Sequence record: SRR20825019_2337
Length of the DNA stretch: 64,000 nucleotides
Direction: 5' to 3' (one strand)
Shown here one piece after another: positions 61,642-64,000 of the stretch. The notes beneath the pieces were generated by a model. The model was not told where the DNA came from and ran no database searches. It saw nothing but the letters and a program-made list of their open reading frames with translations. The position numbers and the translations under genes are program-made. Numbering within the stretch: position 1 is the stretch's first letter; each line of letters starts with the position of its first letter.

Positions 61642-63699
61642 TCAACGCCGCAGATCGCGAATAACCTCTGCCCGATCCAAATTCAATCGGGCTGCTTCAT
61701 AATCAGGTCGCGCGCGCAACGCTGCTGCAAATTCCTGCACCGCTTCATCCCAACGCTCCAAGCCCATCAAGGCTTCTCCCAGGGCATTCCGAGCTGCGGG
61801 CACCTGGGGATCCGCTCGCACGACTTGCCGCAACTCATGTTCAGCCGAAGCATAACGTTCCAGTTTCAATAAGCTGAGAGCCATGAAATAACGGAGAGAA
61901 TTCCCGGGGTTATCGCGCAGTGCCTCCTGATAGTAGTCCAACGCTTTTTCATCGCGTCCCGCCCGTGCCAGCATCGTCGCGATTTCCATGGACAGCGCGC
62001 TATCGCCGGGCGTCAGTTCACGAAGTTCTTTATAGACGGCCATCCCTTCGTCGATCCGGCCGGTAAAAGCCAAAGTGCTCGCGAGGCTGTGCAACACCGT
62101 CGGATCAGTTGGCCGCATTTGATGCGCTTTCTCAAAAGAAGCCAACGCTTCATTCATCCGGTTCATGCGCACCAAACAATAGCCCAAACCGTAGTGAGCC
62201 ATTCCGTAGTTCGGATCGAGCGCGAGCACCTCACGGTAATGCGCCATCGCCTCATCATAGCGTTCCGTGCGCAAATATACGTTTCCGAGATTGTAGCGCG
62301 CGTCCGCATTTTCCGGTTTCAATCGCAGTGCTTCTTTCGAGTGTTCAATCGCCTGAGTCCACTTACCCACATCCGTGTAGCTCGCGGCGAGATTGGCCTG
62401 AGCGCGAGAATTGGTCGGCACTTTTTCAACCGTATCTGCCCACAAGGCGACGACACTCCGGTAATCCTTATTGCGATTTGCCGTCGCCACACCACCGACC
62501 ATCGCCAATCCCAGGACAACCGGAATAATCCATTTCCCACCGCGTGCGTAGATCCCCGTCACCATCAGCACGAGGACGCCCGCCAACGGTAAATACATAC
62601 GATGCTCCGCAATCGTCTGCGTGGTCAGTGGCACAAAACTCGAACTCGGCGCAAGGATCGAAAAGAAGGTAAACGCCACGAACCCGACCACGGGCTTTCG
62701 AACCAGCGCCACCAACGTCGCGGCTACCAAGGTCAGCAAGAGCACGCCCTGCCACCACACTGCCCCGACGCCATCGACGACTTCCGCACCGTAATCGACC
62801 ACCAGCGGATTCGGCCAGAATGACAGTTTCAAATAGAGGATAATCGCACGACACTGCGTGAGTGCATAATCCCACGCACTCATCCCCAGACCAAACCCCA
62901 CCATCCCGCCGCGGCTCTCATTGACCAACACGAGCCAACCCAACAGGCCCCACGTGGCCATGAGTGTGAGGTAAAATTTCCAGCGTGCCTGCCAGGCTGC
63001 CTTGAACGTGCCTGCCACAAATGTTCGGTCATAGAGCAAGGCGATGATCGGAACTGTCGCCATAATTTCTTTCGTGGCCATACCCACGAAGCAAGCGGCC
63101 ACGCTCACCACCTGCCATCGCAACGCAGGCCCCTCATCTACACTGCGAACAAATGCGTAGAGCGTGAGTAAGTAAAACAAACCGCCCAGTGATTCGGTGC
63201 GTTGAATGATTCCCGTAACCGATTCCGTCAGGAGCGGATGCATGGCCCAGAGCAAGGCCACACTCGCACTCAATCCAAACGAGGCGGCTCCCAATTTATC
63301 CCGCAGAACCGGACGCAGCAATGTGCGCCGAACCAGCCCAAACAGCAGCAACGCCGACAGTGCGTGCACCAACATGTTAAACACGTGATACCCGCGCACA
63401 TCCATGCCACCGATCGCGTAATTGATCGCCAATGAAAGATTCACGACCGGCCGCCCTCCTGCCCCCGTCGCATGCATCGGCGGACTCAACACCTCGCTCA
63501 ACGGCCAGAGGCTGCGGATCGTGGGATTATTCACGATGCCTTTGATGTCATCGAATACAAACGGACCACTGAGACTGTTGGCGTAGGCCAGGAACACTCC
63601 CAACACGATTAGTAATCCCGCGCCTCGAATTCTCCGCTTCGAAATCTGACCCGCCATGCGGGGATCGGTATCGCGGGATTTGGCTTTCGGCGATGGCAT
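61642..63699 (-). CDS. TMTC-like GT-C membrane protein with TPR repeats
   Basis: FVFDD, GRP, HPL.TE, TKE, DYG, AEHRMYLP; C-terminal TPRs; start taken at MPSPK. Confidence 0.8.
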   Translation of the reverse strand: MPSPKAKSRDTDPRMAGQISKRRIRGAGLLIVLGVFLAYANSLSGPFVFDDIKGIVNNPTIRSLWPLSEVLSPPMHATGAGGRPVVNLSLAINYAIGGMDVRGYHVFNMLVHALSALLLFGLVRRTLLRPVLRDKLGAASFGLSASVALLWAMHPLLTESVTGIIQRTESLGGLFYLLTLYAFVRSVDEGPALRWQVVSVAACFVGMATKEIMATVPIIALLYDRTFVAGTFKAAWQARWKFYLTLMATWGLLGWLVLVNESRGGMVGFGLGMSAWDYALTQCRAIILYLKLSFWPNPLVVDYGAEVVDGVGAVWWQGVLLLTLVAATLVALVRKPVVGFVAFTFFSILAPSSSFVPLTTQTIAEHRMYLPLAGVLVLMVTGIYARGGKWIIPVVLGLAMVGGVATANRNKDYRSVVALWADTVEKVPTNSRAQANLAASYTDVGKWTQAIEHSKEALRLKPENADARYNLGNVYLRTERYDEAMAHYREVLALDPNYGMAHYGLGYCLVRMNRMNEALASFEKAHQMRPTDPTVLHSLASTLAFTGRIDEGMAVYKELRELTPGDSALSMEIATMLARAGRDEKALDYYQEALRDNPGNSLRYFMALSLLKLERYASAEHELRQVVRADPQVPAARNALGEALMGLERWDEAVQEFAAALRARPDYEAARLNLDRAEVIRDLRR

Positions 63700-63715
63700 G
63701 CCGTCGATTCCGTCG

Positions 63716-64000
63716 TCAGACCGCGTGATCGGCAACAAACTTTGCAATCGCCGCAGTGTTAGCCGCCACGAGATGCTTCTCGATCGGCCGTGACTTGAGT
63801 GTCTCCAGACTCTCATGTTTCGGCTCAACACCAATCGCATCCTGAATCGTGTCGGGAAATTTAGCCGGACTCGCCGTGGCCAACACCACACTCACGCGAT
63901 CACTCGTGAGATCCTTGAACCCACAAGCCGTATGCGGATCGATCACATAATCATGATCCCGATACACGCGTTCGATGATCGCGGGGATTTCCGAATCATT
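63716..64000 (-). CDS. thrC: Threonine synthase, C-terminal part (truncated by window edge)
   Basis: YVIDPHTACG, LATASPAKFPD. Confidence 0.85.
   Translation of the reverse strand, partial: NDSEIPAIIERVYRDHDYVIDPHTACGFKDLTSDRVSVVLATASPAKFPDTIQDAIGVEPKHESLETLKSRPIEKHLVAANTAAIAKFVADHAV

Overview
Core-chromosome segment of a GC-rich bacterium. Gene content (fused ccoNO, UDPGP-type pyrophosphorylase, cyanobacterial-like men genes, TMTC-like TPR protein, ThuA proteins) suggests Verrucomicrobiota/Opitutales; this is inferred, not verified. It holds about 58 CDS and two tRNAs (Cys-GCA, Tyr-GTA): pdhBC, pgm/UDP-GlcNAc pyrophosphorylase/ftsB, an ExeA/ExeB/sugar transferase trio, polX, menC/menE, guaB, purA, yqgF-truA-comF-accD-folC, moeB, a catabolic block, a sugar ABC transporter, parA-rnc-mfd-surA, radC, a full cbb3 oxidase locus, cls and thrC (partial). 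No CRISPR array, prophage, integrase or transposase is visible. Best leads: (1) a candidate non-FNR redox/O2-sensing module in front of the cbb3 operon (Cys-rich PocR-AraC regulator, CxC/CxxC helical protein, 13-bp inverted repeat, Cys/His-tailed CcoS); (2) palindromic and heptameric repeats embedded in-frame in menC and menE; (3) an AraC-linked tandem ferritin-like (DUF455-type) enzyme with a 21-bp-phased direct repeat; (4) a candidate H-NS-analogous nucleoid protein; (5) a secreted stalked lectin-like protein that shares a 17-bp upstream motif with an S26-like lipoprotein. All calls come from reading the sequence by eye; no database searches were run.
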